A stretch of DNA of 23,361 bases from Candidatus Fraserbacteria bacterium (GCA_037446135.1 JBBIJD010000017.1:3801-27161); one strand, 5' to 3'; positions 8,346 to 17,283 are shown, counted from the stretch's first letter. Notes: generated by a model from the sequence alone, not told the origin. Translations and numbers: made by a program.

Positions 8346-8360
8346 CTCCTGGGGAGAGTG

Positions 8361-9497
8361 ATGGAAGTGGAGTTCTCTTGTCCGCGTGAGGCGCTTTGGT
8401 TCGGGGTGAAGACGGTCGGGCGCGCCCTGGGCGCAGGGCGGGGGATGCCGATCCTCGGGGGGATCAAGCTGGAGCTGGCCGACGACGCGCTCACCCTCCA
8501 GGCGACTGACCTGGAGCGGGCGATCATCTGCACCATCCCTGCGGAGAATCGCGGGGAGGGCCCGAAGGTGGCGCTCGTGAACGGCGAGCTCTTGACTAAG
8601 GTCGCCAGCCGCCTCCCGCAAGGCGAGGTCCTGGTCCGGACGGTAGAGGAGAAGGTCGAGCTCTCCTGCGGCGGGGTGAAGATCGACCTCTTGACCATGC
8701 CTCTCGAGGATTATCCTGAGATCCCCAAGCTCCCCGAGCAGATGAGCTGCGCGATCCCCCGGGAGCAGCTCCAGCAGGGGCTGGACCAGACGACCTTCGC
8801 TGCCCTCTCGGCCCGAGAGACCTCAAGGTTGAGCCTCACGGGGGTCGATATGATCCTCGAGGAGGACAAGCTTCGGCTGGTAGCGACCAACGGCTACCGG
8901 CTGGCCCTGAAGGAGGAGCCGCTCGCTCTGCCCCCGGCGGAGCAAGGGGAGTATCTCGTGAGCTCCGACTCTTTAAAGGAGCTCTTGGGGATCCTCGCCC
9001 AAGTCGAGGCCGAGGAGGTCGAGCTCTACCTGGACGAGCAGAAGCGGAACCTCTTCTTCAAGGTCGGGGAGGTCATCTTCATTGCCAAGCTCTTGCAGGA
9101 GGAGTATCCCGACTTCGAGCGGGTGATCCCCCGGGAGAACCGGATCGGGCTCCAATTGGAGAGGCTCGCCTTCCTGGAAGCCCTCCAGCGGGTCGAGATT
9201 ACCGCGGCCGAGGAGTCAGGGGCAGTGATCCTAGAGGTCAAGGGGGCCGCGCACGAGGCTTTGGCCGTCAGCTCTCAGAGCGCGGAGAAGGGTGAGGCTG
9301 AGGAGGTCTTGAGGCTCCTCCGCCCGGCCGAGCCGATCAAGATCTCCTTTAAGGCGGAATACCTGATCGAGGCGCTGAAAAAGATGGATTCAGCCGAGGT
9401 GACCTTCTGGCTGGAAGATCCGGAGAGTGCCGGGCTGCTCGAGCCCTCGCCTCCGGGGGGCTTCCTCTATGTCTGCATGCCGATCCGGATGGGCTAG
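8361..9497 (+). CDS. dnaN: DNA polymerase III beta subunit (sliding clamp)
   Basis: PILGGI, LQATDLE, EDYPEIP, LVATNGYRL, EYPDFERVIP, ISFKAEYLIEAL and C-terminal YVCMPIR. Start is ATG 8361 (or GTG 8358) after GGGGAG. Confidence 0.93.
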   Translation: MEVEFSCPREALWFGVKTVGRALGAGRGMPILGGIKLELADDALTLQATDLERAIICTIPAENRGEGPKVALVNGELLTKVASRLPQGEVLVRTVEEKVELSCGGVKIDLLTMPLEDYPEIPKLPEQMSCAIPREQLQQGLDQTTFAALSARETSRLSLTGVDMILEEDKLRLVATNGYRLALKEEPLALPPAEQGEYLVSSDSLKELLGILAQVEAEEVELYLDEQKRNLFFKVGEVIFIAKLLQEEYPDFERVIPRENRIGLQLERLAFLEALQRVEITAAEESGAVILEVKGAAHEALAVSSQSAEKGEAEEVLRLLRPAEPIKISFKAEYLIEALKKMDSAEVTFWLEDPESAGLLEPSPPGGFLYVCMPIRMG

Positions 9498-10574
9498 TCA
9501 GTCCTCCTCTTCTAAAGCGCGCCTTCGGCGGCGGAGGAAGGCCGGGATCTCGAGATCGTCCCGCTCCTCCTTCCGGAGTTGCTCCATGAGCACGATCTCT
9601 TCCTCGCTCTCCGCCTCGCGTTCCTCCGCCTGGACAAAGCCGGTGGCGATCACCGTCAGTTTGACCTTCTCATAGCCGTCCTGGATCACGGCCCCGAAGA
9701 AGATATCGGCCTGGTCGGAGACGGTATCCCGGATGAGCGTGGCCGCCTCAGTTACCTCATCGAGGGTCAGGCTCTCCCCGCCGGTGATGTTCAAGATCAC
9801 TTTTTGGGCCCCCTCGATCGAGCCCTCGAGTAGGGGTGAGGAGATAGCGTTCCTCGCCGCCTCTTTCGTCCGCCCCTCGCCCTCACCGATCCCGATCCCC
9901 ATCATCGCCGTCCCGGCATTCCGCATCGTCGCCTCGATGTCAGCGAAGTCGAGGTTGATCATCCCCGGGGTGAGGATCAGGTCAGAGATCCCTTGGACCC
10001 CCTGGCGGAGGATATCATCGGCCAGCTCGAAGGCCCGGATCAGTGGGAGGTCCTCGGGGGCGACCTTGAGGAGCCGGTCATTGGAGATGGCGATCAGGGT
10101 ATCGACATGCTGGCGGAGCTCCTCGATCCCCCTTCTGGCCTTCTCCTCCCGGGCCTTCCCCTCGAAGGAGAAGGGCTTGGTGACGATAGCGGTGGTGAGG
10201 ATCCCCATCTCTTTCGCCAGCCTGGCGATCACCGGGGCCGCGCCGGTCCCAGTCCCCCCACCCATCCCAGCGGTGATGAAGACCATGTCCACGCCAGTGA
10301 GGAGGTCGGCGATCTCAGCCTCGCTCTCCTCGGCCGCCTTCCGCCCGATCTCGGGGTTCCCACCCGCGCCGAGTCCCTGGGTCAGCTTCTTCCCGATCTG
10401 GAGCTTCTTATGGGCCTCGACCAGGGTCTCCAGGACCTGGGCGTCGGTGTTGACCGCGACCAGCTCGACATTGCTGATCTTGGCCCGCATCATCCGCGTG
10501 ATCGCATTCCCACCGCCGCCGCCGACCCCGATCACCTTGATCCGCGCCAGCCCGTTCCGACTCTCCTTTCCCAT
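9498..10574 (-). CDS. ftsZ: Cell division protein FtsZ
   Basis: [13 protein letters not shown], tubulin signature GGGTGTG, T7 loop INLDFAD and C-terminal peptide [10 protein letters not shown]. Confidence 0.99.
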   Translation of the reverse strand: MGKESRNGLARIKVIGVGGGGGNAITRMMRAKISNVELVAVNTDAQVLETLVEAHKKLQIGKKLTQGLGAGGNPEIGRKAAEESEAEIADLLTGVDMVFITAGMGGGTGTGAAPVIARLAKEMGILTTAIVTKPFSFEGKAREEKARRGIEELRQHVDTLIAISNDRLLKVAPEDLPLIRAFELADDILRQGVQGISDLILTPGMINLDFADIEATMRNAGTAMMGIGIGEGEGRTKEAARNAISSPLLEGSIEGAQKVILNITGGESLTLDEVTEAATLIRDTVSDQADIFFGAVIQDGYEKVKLTVIATGFVQAEEREAESEEEIVLMEQLRKEERDDLEIPAFLRRRRRALEEED

Positions 10575-10580
10575 CGCCTC

Positions 10581-11816
10581 TCACCCCCTGAAGAACTGGT
10601 TGAGCCAGCGGATGATCTTGGTGAGGAGGGAGGAGCCTCGCCGGCCGCTCCGGGAGTGGAAGAGATCGCCCCGCTCCCGGGCCTCGACGGCATACCTCAA
10701 TAAGCCGATGGCCACGGCGTAGATCGGGCTCTCCACGATGTCCCTCAGCCCATGGATCCCCTGAGGGGTCTTCCCCCGCCGGGCCGGGAGGTTATAGCGG
10801 TTCTGGACGAACTCACAGATCCCATCTAAGAGGGCCGTCCCGCCGGTCAGGACCAGCCCTGCCGGGAGGAGGTCGTGATAACCGGCGTCCTCGATCTCAC
10901 CCATCGCCAGGTCGAAGAGCTCTTCCAACCTGGGCTCGATGATCTTGGCCAGCTTGCTCTTTGGGATCGACTTCTTCTCATCCCCGATGGTCGTGATTTC
11001 GATCCGCTCGTCTCCGCTGATCTCATCGGCCCGGACCGTCCCTTGCTCCTTCTTGATCCGCTCCGCCTCCTCGTAGGGGACCCTCAGCCCGACGGTGATG
11101 TCGTTGGTGATGTGCTCCCCGGCGATGGGGAGGATCTTGGAGAACCAGATGTCCCCGCCGCGGAAGATGGCGATGTCCGTCGTCCCCCCGCCAATATCTA
11201 AGAGGGCTACGCCGAGCTCCTTCTCCGCGGAGGTGAGGACGGCATAGCTCGCGGCGAGCGGCTGGAGGACGATATGCTCGATCCCGATCCCCAGGTTCTG
11301 GACGCACCGGACGATATTGTGGACCGCAGTGATCGCCCCGGTGACGATGTGGACATCGACCTCGAGCCGCATCCCCGTCATCCCGATCGGATCGGTGATC
11401 CCGTCCTGACCATCGACGATATACTGGCGCGGGATGACATGGATCAATTGGCTATCCGGGGGGATCTGGATCGCCTGGGCCGTCTCCAGGACCCGCCGGA
11501 CATCCTCGCGGGTGATGATCCGATTATCGCGGGTGATCGAGACCGTCCCGGAGTTGTTGATCGACTTGATGTGCTTTCCGGCGATCCCGACCGAGACGGA
11601 TTGGATCTTGACATCGGCCATCTTCTCCGCCTGCTCCACCGCCCGGCGGATCGAGGCGGTCGTCTCGCCGATGTCCACCACCACGCCCTTCTCTAAACCA
11701 CGGGAGTGGGCGAGCCCCCGCCCGATGATCTCGATCGCCCCTCCCTCGAGGACATTCCCGACCAGGGCCGCGACTTTCGTCGTCCCGATGTCAAGGCCGA
11801 CTACCAGTTCCCCCAT
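10581..11816 (-). CDS. ftsA: Cell division protein FtsA
   Basis: VGLDIGTTKV, GMRLEVDVH, EKELGVALLDIGGGTTD, VLTGG and a C-terminal amphipathic helix (LLTKIIRWLNQFF). Confidence 0.98.
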   Translation of the reverse strand: MGELVVGLDIGTTKVAALVGNVLEGGAIEIIGRGLAHSRGLEKGVVVDIGETTASIRRAVEQAEKMADVKIQSVSVGIAGKHIKSINNSGTVSITRDNRIITREDVRRVLETAQAIQIPPDSQLIHVIPRQYIVDGQDGITDPIGMTGMRLEVDVHIVTGAITAVHNIVRCVQNLGIGIEHIVLQPLAASYAVLTSAEKELGVALLDIGGGTTDIAIFRGGDIWFSKILPIAGEHITNDITVGLRVPYEEAERIKKEQGTVRADEISGDERIEITTIGDEKKSIPKSKLAKIIEPRLEELFDLAMGEIEDAGYHDLLPAGLVLTGGTALLDGICEFVQNRYNLPARRGKTPQGIHGLRDIVESPIYAVAIGLLRYAVEARERGDLFHSRSGRRGSSLLTKIIRWLNQFFRG

Positions 11817-11831
11817 CCCCTCTCACCACCC

Positions 11832-12563
11832 TTATCGGGGGCGCAGGACCACGTCCCCAAATCTCAAATCGATATAAGAATAATCACTCCCTTTGAGCGC
11901 TGTCAACAGCCGCTGGAGGAGCCGGAGCCGCTCCCCTAAGCCCTCGAGGTCCAAGAAGACGCGAAAGCCAGCCCGGCCTTGGAGGACCAGCTCCGGGGAG
12001 CTGGAGTTGAGGTGGGCCTCCGTGAACCCTGCCAGGAATTTCTCGTCCAGCTCGAGGAGGGCCTGTAAAGCGCCCAGGCTCCGCTCATCGAGCCTCTGCC
12101 AACCCTGGGGAGTCTTGACCACCTTGACCCCGCTGAGGAGGAGCGGGCCGCTCGCCTCCGGCCCGGCCTGCTCGAGGAGGTAGCCGTCCCGATCGACCCA
12201 GTAGCGCTCGTCCCCCAAGGTAATGAGGAGCACAGGCTCCCGCTCCTCGAGCTGGACCACGATCCGCGAGGGGAGGGCCCGCCGGACCCGCGCTTCACGG
12301 ACCCAGAGAAGCCCGAGCAAGGCGCGGCGCGCCCGCCCGACCTCGGCAGTGAAGATGTTCTCCCCTACTCTTATCCCGATCAACTCCTTTACCCTCTCGA
12401 GCTCGACCCGCTCACCGCCCTCGACCACGATCTCCCGCACACGGAAGAGGCCGCTCCCCAGGAAGGTCCAACTGAGCAGGACTAAGAGACCCACGGCCCC
12501 CAAGAGGGCCAGCCGCTTCCGCACCGCCGGCCCGTCCCTGCCTTTCCAACCTTTCGCTCTCAC
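11832..12563 (-). CDS. ftsQ: Cell division protein FtsQ/DivIB
   Basis: Basic N-terminus, single TM, POTRA-like segment (FRVREIVVEG...WVREARVRRALPSRIVVQLEEREP) and C-terminal YIDLRF; sits between murB and ftsA. Confidence 0.88.
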   Translation of the reverse strand: MRAKGWKGRDGPAVRKRLALLGAVGLLVLLSWTFLGSGLFRVREIVVEGGERVELERVKELIGIRVGENIFTAEVGRARRALLGLLWVREARVRRALPSRIVVQLEEREPVLLITLGDERYWVDRDGYLLEQAGPEASGPLLLSGVKVVKTPQGWQRLDERSLGALQALLELDEKFLAGFTEAHLNSSSPELVLQGRAGFRVFLDLEGLGERLRLLQRLLTALKGSDYSYIDLRFGDVVLRPR

Positions 12564-12566
12564 CCC

Positions 12567-13469
12567 TCAATTAGAGATTATCTCGAGCTCTGTCTCTAAG
12601 TCTATCCCGAATTCCTTATACACCCGTTCGTGGACCAGGTCAATCAGCCGGAGGACATCGGCGGCCCGCGCACCGCCCTCATTGACGATGAAGTTAGCAT
12701 GGACAGTGGAGATCGCGGCCCCGCCGATCCGGAAGCCCTTCAGCCCGGCCTGCTCGATCAGCCTCCCGGCATAGTCCCCGGGTGGATTCCGGAAGACGCA
12801 GCCGGGGGAGGGCTGCCCCAGCGGCTGGCGCCTTCGCCGCGCTTTGAGCTCCTCTAAATCCCACTCCCGGTGGTTCCCTACGGCGAACTCTGCCCCGACG
12901 ATGATCAGCCTCTCCCGCTGGAATCGGCTCTCGCGGTAGCTGAACTCGCACTCCTCCTTGGTGAAGCTCCGGGCCTCACCCTGCTCGTCGAGGGCATAGA
13001 CTCGCTTCACCAGGTCTCCGATCGACCCTTCCGGGATCCCGGCGTTCATGACGAGTGAGCCCCCGACCGCCCCAGGGATCCCGACGAGGAAGTCGAAATC
13101 ATTCAAGCCATGAGAGTGGAGGAAGTGGATCAATCCCCCGAGGCTCTCTCCTGCCTGGACTTTTAAGAGCCCCCGCGAATGGTCGAGCTCTTTCTCTCTC
13201 ATCCCCAGGCCGATCTGGATCACCACGCCCGGATAGCCCTCATCAGGGAAGAGAATATTTGTCCCGTTCCCCATTGCCACCCAGGGGAGATCCTCTTCTT
13301 GGGCGAAGGAGAGGCACTCTTTAATGTCTTCCACTGCCTGCGGCTTCACGAAGTAGCGCGCTTCACCTCCCACCCGCAACGAGCTGTGCAGAGACAGCTT
13401 TTCATTGAACTTTACCACACCTCTCACCCGCTTGTCAAGCCCCCGCCTCACTCTCCTCGAGTTTCTCAT
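12567..13469 (-). CDS. murB: UDP-N-acetylenolpyruvoylglucosamine reductase
   Basis: RVGGEA, GNGTNIL, GIPGAVGGSLVMNAG, FSYRES, QPLGQPSPGCVFRNP, HANFIVN and LETE motifs. Confidence 0.95.
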   Translation of the reverse strand: MRNSRRVRRGLDKRVRGVVKFNEKLSLHSSLRVGGEARYFVKPQAVEDIKECLSFAQEEDLPWVAMGNGTNILFPDEGYPGVVIQIGLGMREKELDHSRGLLKVQAGESLGGLIHFLHSHGLNDFDFLVGIPGAVGGSLVMNAGIPEGSIGDLVKRVYALDEQGEARSFTKEECEFSYRESRFQRERLIIVGAEFAVGNHREWDLEELKARRRRQPLGQPSPGCVFRNPPGDYAGRLIEQAGLKGFRIGGAAISTVHANFIVNEGGARAADVLRLIDLVHERVYKEFGIDLETELEIISN

Positions 13470-13482
13470 CGCTCCACTCCCC

Positions 13483-14832
13483 TCATCCCTTCTCCAGACT
13501 GGAAGCGAGCCGATGGCTCACCTCCCATAGGTCGCCGGCACCGAAGCTGATGAGGAAGTCCCCGGGCCGGAGCTCGCCCCGGAGGAGTGTGACGATCTCC
13601 TCCTTATCGGGGATGTAATCGACTCTCTTCCCCTCCTGGCGAAGGGCTCGGACGAGCCGGGTCACATCGACCCCCGGGATCGGAGGCTCCCCGGCGGGGT
13701 AGATCTCGGTGACGATCACACGGTCGACGAGCCCAAAGGAGTGGGCGAAGTCGATGTCCCTGATCCGGGAGAAGCGGTGGGGTTGGAAGAGCGCGATCAC
13801 CCTCCTGGGCCGCCAGCCGGCCCGAATAGCCACGAGGTTCGCCTCGATCTCTTCAGGGAGATGGGCGTAGTCGTCGATGATCATCACCTGATCGCTGTGG
13901 AGGACCTGGAAGCGCCTCTCAGGGAGGGTGAAGTCCCGGAGGGCCCAGGTCATCCTTGCGAATTCCAGGCCGACTGTCCAGCCGGCGAGCAGGGCCGCCA
14001 GGGCGTTCGTGACATTGTGTCTCCCCGGAGCGGGGAGGAGGATCTCATCCAGCTCCTCACCCCGGAAGACCGGCCTGAATCGAGTGATGAATCCGTGCTG
14101 CTCGACTCCCATGGCCATGAGGTCGGCCGGGCGCTCGAGCCCGAAGGTGAGGACCTCGCGAGCGCGGCCCAGCTCCCCGCGGAGGCGGCGGCTCGGCCCG
14201 TCATCGCTGTTCAGGATCAGTCGCCTGCTCCTCTGGGCGAAGGAGCGGAAGGCCCGATAGACCGCCTCCGGGCTCCCATAATTGCTCAGGTGATCGATCC
14301 CGATGTTGGTGATCACGGCCAGGTCCAGCTCCAACTCGGTGAAGTAGCCGTCGCTCTCATCGATCTCGGCCACAAGGTGCCGCCCCTGGCTCCAGCGGGC
14401 ATTCCCGCCGAGGGCCGGGCAGGCAGCCCCAATGAGGAAAGAGGGAGCAAGCCCCGCGCGGTCGAGGAGGAAGGCAAGCATCGCCGTGGTCGTGGACTTC
14501 CCATTAGTCCCGGCCACGCCGAGCGCCTCGCGCTCCTTGAGGAGCTGCTTGAGCATCTCCAGCCGGGGGAGGACAGGGAGGCCGCGTCGCTTGGCGGCGG
14601 CGAGCTCGACATTCTCTCGCGGGATGGCTGAGGAGAAGACGACCAGCTCCGCCCCGTCGAGGTTCTCCTCCCGATGCCCGAACGAGACCCTGATGCCGAG
14701 GTCCACTAACTCCTTGACCCGCCGGCTCTTGGCGATGTCCGAGCCGCTCACCTCCCAACCACGGGCATGAAGGACCTTGGCCAGGCCGCTCATCCCCTCG
14801 CCGCCGATGCCGATAAGGTGGACCTTGTTAAT
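13483..14832 (-). CDS. murC: UDP-N-acetylmuramate--L-alanine ligase; proposed ATT start at 14832
   Basis: The frame extends upstream of the listed ATG (14793) through the conserved KVHLIGIGGEGMSGLA motif to an ATT placed 6 nt after a GAGGAGGT SD. Other motifs: GTNGKSTT, EIDESDG, DHL, RRF, DDYAH, FQPHR. Confidence 0.93.
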   Translation of the reverse strand: MNKVHLIGIGGEGMSGLAKVLHARGWEVSGSDIAKSRRVKELVDLGIRVSFGHREENLDGAELVVFSSAIPRENVELAAAKRRGLPVLPRLEMLKQLLKEREALGVAGTNGKSTTTAMLAFLLDRAGLAPSFLIGAACPALGGNARWSQGRHLVAEIDESDGYFTELELDLAVITNIGIDHLSNYGSPEAVYRAFRSFAQRSRRLILNSDDGPSRRLRGELGRAREVLTFGLERPADLMAMGVEQHGFITRFRPVFRGEELDEILLPAPGRHNVTNALAALLAGWTVGLEFARMTWALRDFTLPERRFQVLHSDQVMIIDDYAHLPEEIEANLVAIRAGWRPRRVIALFQPHRFSRIRDIDFAHSFGLVDRVIVTEIYPAGEPPIPGVDVTRLVRALRQEGKRVDYIPDKEEIVTLLRGELRPGDFLISFGAGDLWEVSHRLASSLEKG

Positions 14833-15908
14833 CTTCGGACCTCCTCTACAAACCTCTCCAAGCCATCCCGCCTTCCCAGCGCGAAGCTCTTGGCCGCCAT
14901 CTCCCGGAGCTGCCCCTCTTCTCTCATGAGCTTCCCCGCCAACTCCAGGAGGTCGACCCTCACCAACGCTTCCTCCGGGAGGAGGAGCGCTCCCCCAGCC
15001 TGGGCGAGGAAGCGAGCGTTTTGCTCCTGATGGTCCTCTGCTGCCCCGGGCCAGGGGATGAGGACCGCCGGTTTCCCCAGGGCCGTCAGCTCCGCTAGGG
15101 TGGCCGCGCCGGCGCGGGAGACCACCAGATCCGCCGCCCCGAGTGCTTCTCCGATCCGGTCGAGATACTCGCGCATTAGGAGCCCCTCGCTCCTCGGGGC
15201 CGTCACTCCCGGTCCGGTGATCAGGAGGGCTTGCAAGTCGTCCTGCAGGCCCTTCGATCTCAGCACTGCTTGGTTGAGCGGGGCCGCGCCTCGCGAGCCT
15301 CCGAGGATCAGGACCGTCCGCTTCCGCGGATCGAGGCCCAAGCGGGCCTTCAGTTCCTCCTTAGGGTAAGCGGCGGCCTCGAGGAGCTCCGGCCGGAGCG
15401 GGACCCCGGTGACGACCACGCGTTTCGCGCGGAAGAGGCTGGCCGTCTGAGGATAGGCAGTCGCGACGAGATCGACATGGGGCGCGAGCAAGCGATTGAC
15501 GAGCCCAGGGACGACATTCACCTCGAGGATCGCCGTCGGGATCCTGAAAATGATCCCCCAAAGGAGTGGGGCGAAGGAGGCGAACCCCCCAGTCCCGATG
15601 AGGACCGTGGGGCGGAACTTCAGGATGATAAAGAGGGACTCGATCAGGCTGAGAGCGCACTCCAGCAGGGCCAAAAGCCCGGCGAGCCCGGGGCGCCGGG
15701 GGAGGCCTCGCCCGTGGATGAGGTAGTGCTCGATCCACGGGTAGTTTGTGAGGACGTGCCGCTCTAGCTCGCGCCTAGCCCCAATATATCCGAGGCGTTC
15801 CGCCTGGGCCTGGCCGGCCGCCGGGCCGCCAGCGCGGAAGCCCTCCAAGATCGCCAGGGCGGGGTAGAGGTGTCCACCGCTCCCTCCGCCCGCGACTAAG
15901 ACCCGCAA
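14790..15908 (-). CDS. murG: Lipid I N-acetylglucosaminyltransferase MurG
   Basis: GGGSGGHLYPALA, GTGGFAS, GGSRGA, SRAGAATLAE and DHQEQNA; TTG start after GGAGGA. Confidence 0.95.
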   Translation of the reverse strand: MRVLVAGGGSGGHLYPALAILEGFRAGGPAAGQAQAERLGYIGARRELERHVLTNYPWIEHYLIHGRGLPRRPGLAGLLALLECALSLIESLFIILKFRPTVLIGTGGFASFAPLLWGIIFRIPTAILEVNVVPGLVNRLLAPHVDLVATAYPQTASLFRAKRVVVTGVPLRPELLEAAAYPKEELKARLGLDPRKRTVLILGGSRGAAPLNQAVLRSKGLQDDLQALLITGPGVTAPRSEGLLMREYLDRIGEALGAADLVVSRAGAATLAELTALGKPAVLIPWPGAAEDHQEQNARFLAQAGGALLLPEEALVRVDLLELAGKLMREEGQLREMAAKSFALGRRDGLERFVEEVRRLTRSTLSASAARG

Positions 15909-16998
15909 ACTCTCCTCCCTTCCCTTGCTTAGAGATGTTGAGCAGGATCCCCACCATCCCGAGCGAGATGATCAAGCTCGAGCCGCCATAGCTGATGAAG
16001 GGGAGGGTCAGACCGGTGACCGGTAAGATCCCCGCGGCCACCCCGAGGTGGACGACCGCCTGGAGGCCGATAGTGAAGAGGCAGCCCGAGCCGAGCAGGA
16101 AGCCGAACCGGTCCGGAGCTCGCCTGAGGATCAAAAAGCCCCGGTAGATGAAGAGCCCGAAGAGCAAGAGCAACAAAAGCCCGCCGAGGAGGCCCATCTC
16201 CTCCCCTGCGACGGAGGCGATGAAGTCATTATGGGCTGAGGGGAGATAGAGGAGCTTCCCTCGCCCCTCTCCCAGCCCGCGCCCGAAGAGCCCGCCCGAG
16301 CCGATGGCCACGAGTGACTGGAGGAGCTGATAGCCCTTGTCTTGGCCATATTTGAAGGGGTCCAAGAAGGAGACGATCCGCCCCCAGCGGTAGGGGGAGG
16401 CCCGTAGCGCGAGGTAGATCAAGGGGAGGCCGCTTGTGAGGCACAGGGCGAGATGGGCGGGCCGGGCCCCCCCAATAAAGAGCATGAAGAAGACAATCGC
16501 CCCGTAGATCAGGGCCATCTCGAAGTCCGGCTGGAGGATCACCAGCCCCGCAGCGAGCCCGAGGATGATCAGGTAGGGGAGGACCCCCTGGAAGAAGTCA
16601 TTCAATTGCTCGCCTCGCCTGATGATGGAGGAAGCGAGATAAATGATCAGGGTCAGCTTAAGCAACTCCGCTGGCTGGAGCTGGAGCGGCCCGAGCGCGA
16701 GCCACCGCCCGCCCCGGGAGACTCCAGGGACTAGGACCAGCAGAGCCAGCCCGAGCGACCCGAGAAGCATGAGGCCCGCCAGTTCCTGGAGGTGGTGGTA
16801 GTCGAATCGACTGAGGAAGAGCATCAGCATGAGCCCGACACCGGTGGCGATGAGCTGCTTCTTCAAGAGATAGGCGGAGTCATCGAAGTATTTCGCGGAG
16901 AGGTAATAGCTTGCGCTGTAGACGAGCACGAGCCCGAGGAGGAGGAGAGCGACGGTGGCGAAGAGGAGCCCGAAGTCAATGGGGTTCCGGCCCGTCAT
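15775..16998 (-). CDS. ftsW: Peptidoglycan polymerase FtsW (SEDS family)
   Basis: LVYSAS, RWLALGPLQLQPAELLK, QPDF, GYQLLQS, LPSAHNDFI, EEMG and TGLTLPFISYGGSS; GGAGGT SD; directly upstream of murG. Confidence 0.95.
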   Translation of the reverse strand: MTGRNPIDFGLLFATVALLLLGLVLVYSASYYLSAKYFDDSAYLLKKQLIATGVGLMLMLFLSRFDYHHLQELAGLMLLGSLGLALLVLVPGVSRGGRWLALGPLQLQPAELLKLTLIIYLASSIIRRGEQLNDFFQGVLPYLIILGLAAGLVILQPDFEMALIYGAIVFFMLFIGGARPAHLALCLTSGLPLIYLALRASPYRWGRIVSFLDPFKYGQDKGYQLLQSLVAIGSGGLFGRGLGEGRGKLLYLPSAHNDFIASVAGEEMGLLGGLLLLLLFGLFIYRGFLILRRAPDRFGFLLGSGCLFTIGLQAVVHLGVAAGILPVTGLTLPFISYGGSSLIISLGMVGILLNISKQGKGGEFAGLSRGRRERWTPLPRPGDLGGLPRWRPGGRPGPGGTPRIYWG

Positions 16999-17254
16999 CC
17001 TCGAACCACCTCCGCGTTGCTGTCCATAGAAGATTGCGCTGCAGGAGCGAGACCGTTTTAGCCCAGGTAGTCCCCTGGAAGAAGGACGGGCTTCTTTGAG
17101 GGGGGGTCAGTTCGTCTTCGGCGGCCGTCTCAGCTGTCCAAGGCTGAGGCCAGGGGCTCTTAGAGGAGTTAGAGTTGAAGGCTTTCCGGCTGGTCAGGGA
17201 CTGAATTTGGGATTTAGTTCTACAAGTTAATAGATTTCACGCAACTCCGGAGGG

Positions 17255-17283
17255 TTGACAGGCGGGGGGGTAGGGTGTATAAT
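17255..17283 (+). promoter_or_regulatory. Perfect-consensus sigma70 promoter
   Basis: TTGACA (17255-17260), 17-nt spacer GGCGGGGGGGTAGGGTG, TATAAT (17278-17283); AT-rich stretch upstream. Confidence 0.9.

Noticed and set aside
8288..8360. Possible oriC next to dnaN
   Set aside because: Only about 70 nt, with no TTATCCACA-like DnaA boxes, no AT-rich unwinding element and no dnaA.
9733..10722. 329-aa plus-strand ORF antisense to ftsZ, and other long antisense or alternate-frame ORFs (e.g. 9993-10703, 13741-14631, 17904-18530)
   Set aside because: Shadow ORFs expected from high GC and codon bias; they lie opposite clearly conserved genes and show no recognisable motifs.
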